Under the pieces are notes generated by a model. It had not been told where the DNA came from. It did not search any database and saw only the letters and a list, made by a program, of their open reading frames with translations. From Eutreptiella sp. 'Long Island Sound 2002' (lineage: Eukaryota > Protista > Euglenida), in NCBI GenBank assembly GCA_964036045.1, contig OZ038378.1:23870001-23934000 (forward strand): a stretch of 64,000 nucleotides of DNA, read 5' to 3'. The position numbers and the translations under genes were made by a program. Below, piece after piece: positions 60,690-64,000 of this stretch; the first letter of the stretch is position 1; the number at the start of each line of letters is the position of its first letter.

Positions 60690-63150
60690 TCCTATTAGTA
60701 GTGCGTATAAGAGGTACATCTGTGGAACTCTTACCAACATATGACACATTTTATATGCTGGTGTACCACTCCCGGGCCACCTCGCCACAAGGTCAGACTT
60801 GTTCTATTGCTGACAGTAGAAACTCCCCTCACACTGTAGTTTTTTGCTAGACATCCATGTCCTGCACCCCGCCCTCCGGTGCCATTACTTAGACATGTGG
60901 CGTAGTCTCCTTAACATGGAGACCCCCTATCAATCCGCCGAGGATCTATGTACGCGGGGATGCTGTTGACGGCGGTCCGGCAGAATTCCTAGTGGAAGTC
61001 TGCTTGCAGCTGCGCATCAACCCCAAGACCCGCCGGCAGAACTCTTTGAACAACTTCAAGGAGGACTGGGAGGACCGAGGGCGGAAGTAGTGGTTACAGA
61101 GGTTGATACCAACCATCTTTATGCTACACCGTACCCTGCTTAAGCATAGTCATCCAGATACTGCCCGTGCAAGCCTGCCTCAAGACACATCAAGGGTTAG
61201 CAAACGGGTTCGTGTTCAGCTTACCGCCTGTGGTTTGCTGTCAAGCCGTCAGGCGCCTGTGGCGACCCTGGTAGATATTAGTGAGCAGGAGGTGCTACAG
61301 ATGTTGCAACACAGGGGGGGAACACTTGTTGCCCGGGTAGAACAGTTCAACAAAGCCCAGTACTCCAAAAACCCGGCCACTCGACGCGACATATCATTGT
61401 CAACAACAGCAATGGCGCTTACACCTGCTGGTAGTTTGAGGGGACATTTTGCGGGGCACCCCATGCCTGACTCCCTATATAGTGATGTGGCTGAGCATGT
61501 TACAGACTTACAGGATGCATGGCTGTCCTTTACGGCAGCGACAAAGCACCTTGTGCGCCAACACATGGGTTTTGAGGACGTACGGTGCCCGTTGGACCTT
61601 CGTCGCAAGGATGTTGAGGTTACTCCATGGTACCCCTTAGCTATTAGGGATGTGCCTATCCCCACAACCTTTGGGGTTCACCAGGCCATGTATGGTGTAC
61701 TTCAGTTGGCTACCAACTGTTCAGCACCAGTCTTACCGATGTTATGCGACACCACAATGTACTACAACTACTTGAAAATGTTGTACAGCTACTGGATGCA
61801 ACCACTCCCACTGCGCCATGTGTATGGCTCCGTGTGTCCCTTGTTCGGTATGTGGCATCCATATAAGTACCGTGTTGATCACACGTACAGCGCTTTCCTT
61901 CCATTCATGGTGGCGCTTGAATACGAACGGTTCCTTCAAACCCAGCGGCAGGATAGCTGTATGCATATCCTTCCCTTGTTGTTAAGGAGTGTCTTATTTT
62001 GGATATTTATCTCTCCATACCAGGTATCCTGCTCACTTACGTTCTACTGGTGGCAGTAGAACACTTAAAGATAAGTCATTAGCAAGGCTATACCGACTTG
62101 TTTTCCAATATGCCCCAACCCGACTTCATCTTGGTATTATGGTGCGCGATTGTTCGTGGTACCACCGTACACCCGGTACCGGTGAAGCAGCCAAGCGGTG
62201 CCTGCAAAATTCTCTTTACTTGATTCAGAAGTTGAACCTGCAGCACAGAGACGGTGGTTACAAGCGAGCTGTGCACTTAGCACTACGAATGTGGTCCCCA
62301 TACCACTCTTCCCTTCATGCATCTGCCTTTGTGGAGGAGAAGGGGGAGGCCCCGTTGTCCCGTTTGGCACGGGCAATGGGTGAGGACACCAGCATTACCA
62401 GCGTTGATGACTACCACAACGTTTTTGTTACCTTACGCCACCAGCAGCCCGGTACTCGGAAGCCCCCAACAAGCCCCCACATCACCCGCGAGTCAGTACG
62501 AGCTGTGAGCATGCATCTTACACGGTTGCTAGCATGCATTCATGCTGGTACTGTGCCGTTTGTTAGAAAGATGGCTACTCGGCCACGGCCGGGTGCCCGG
62601 GCTGCCAATACCGTGCAGGCTACTATGCAGTGGCCGGAGGACCCTACCTTTGTATTTTGTCTCAACACCCGGGTTGCGGATGCAACCTTGCTGCATGGTG
62701 CATACCGTTTGTTGGACGTGTTGTTGTTTAGTGAGACAAAGGTAGAAAGTTAGCCTAGGTTTGATGCAGCAAGGGCTCATCTACCTCGCGACGTGGGGGC
62801 TGAGGTGCCTGTGCACCCTGCGTTCCGCGAGTTCAAGCAGCGGTTCATGAACTTTTATGGCCATTTTGGGTATGCACGCCCGCACCCCTTCCCCGCTGAC
62901 AGGGATGCTTTGGGGGATCCAGACCCCCCGGACGCGCCGGCAGGGGCGGGGGGGGGGGGTCCGTGTCCTGCCTCAAGTTGTACCCAGGCCTGTTGCCGCA
63001 GAGCCTGCACCACAGAACCCTGTGGGTCCTATTGTGGATGGTGATGATGCCACCAGCAGTGATGCATCATCATCTGATGTATCGAGCTTGACGTCTGCTG
63101 TTGTGGACAGTGACAACTCGGATGGGGTTCAGTATGTGACTATTATCGAT
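60690..63150 (+). pseudogene. Putative transposase-like (RNase H-fold) gene with short introns, degenerate
   Basis: 318-aa and 254-aa ORFs with LPMLCDTTMYYNYLK, PLFGMWHPYK and FVEEKGEAxLSRL in D..H..E order; upstream frame extends past a TAG at 61088; acidic tail to 63150. Family assignment is tentative. Confidence 0.5.
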
Positions 63151-64000
63151 TAGCCCCACTGTTTTACTGCCAGCAGGAGAAGACCACGGCCGTGCTCAGC
63201 CCCCCCTTGTAAATGCATGGCATGCATATACGGTGCCGGTGTGCGGTGCTTTTGTGTGTTATGTGCATGGAGTTTGCAGAGTGTTTCACTGCCAACAACA
63301 GAAGGTAGTTTGGGTAGCTGCGATGTACGCCAATGTCTGTTGCGTCGTGCGACGTCCCTTTCGTACAACACCAGTTTGGCATAGAGTGGTTATGTGTTCC
63401 GCAGAAAGTGACTGCCTGATGTTCTACTGTCAGCAATAAAATGTGGTACGAAGTAGCAAGTAGTAAACATATTTCGGCACTTGAGATGTAGGTTCCTGTC
63501 TGGGTTATGAGTCTTTATCGTGTTTCAGTGAAACGTTGCAGGCCTCTTCTACGGCACAAGCAACAAGGATTGTCCCATTTCTATTCGTGGAAGCAGTGCC
63601 TGGGGTTGTTGTGTGTGGATACACGTGGTACACGGAAGCTTGAATCTGCAGGGTCCAGCCACGTAGGGGACAGACCAAATGATTGCATGAAGCAATGTGC
63701 CAAAACATAGTGTGAACAGTGCCAAATTTGCCCGTAACTTAGGCCATTTGGGCCTTTTTTTTGGATTTCTTTGCACATCTACCCATGGGACCACTTGTAG
63801 TGAAATGGTTTCTGATGGTGGCAGTGCTCGCATGGGGTGCGCAGGATACAGGGCCGCCTGCAGAAGCAGGCCCCCCCTCCCCCCGAGAGACTTCCCTTGC
63901 CCCAAACGTCCCGTTGCCTGATCCTGCTGCGGACCTCTCCGACGACAAAATTGAGGAAGTGCGCATGGATGCACCACCAGACCCTGGCATTGGCACACGA

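Noticed and set aside
59300-60700. A RAG2-like kelch gene convergent with the RAG1-like ORF
   Set aside because: No kelch-repeat periodicity or PHD finger on the minus strand; the region looks like the start of the next transposon

Overview
Repeat-rich eukaryotic nuclear DNA with GT-AG introns, many poly-G/C tracts and one 200-N gap. The overall style suggests a protist, possibly euglenid-like, but that is inference only. I can reconstruct three host genes. (1) A minus-strand gene with a catalytically dead caspase/metacaspase-like domain and a probable IQ/coiled-coil tail (about 14.2-7.7 kb). (2) A minus-strand SMYD-type SET-domain methyltransferase with at least 7 exons (33083-25763). (3) A plus-strand parallel beta-helix / C2 / beta-helix gene that starts at 34941, contains a 15.4-kb intron and runs past the window end. 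A degenerate LRR locus at 14.4-18.4 kb is interrupted by several MITEs. The rest is mobile or repeated DNA: an 84-bp satellite interrupted by a LINE (RT + RNase H), several G/C-tract-capped TIR families, tRNA-derived elements, a 6.5-kb foldback element with 116-bp repeat arms and two unknown genes, a second LINE RT, a LINE 5' end with a 2A-like motif, a RAG1/Transib-type transposase pseudogene, and a second transposase-like gene whose putative short introns share a 20-bp palindrome. All calls come from reading motifs by eye; no database searches were run.
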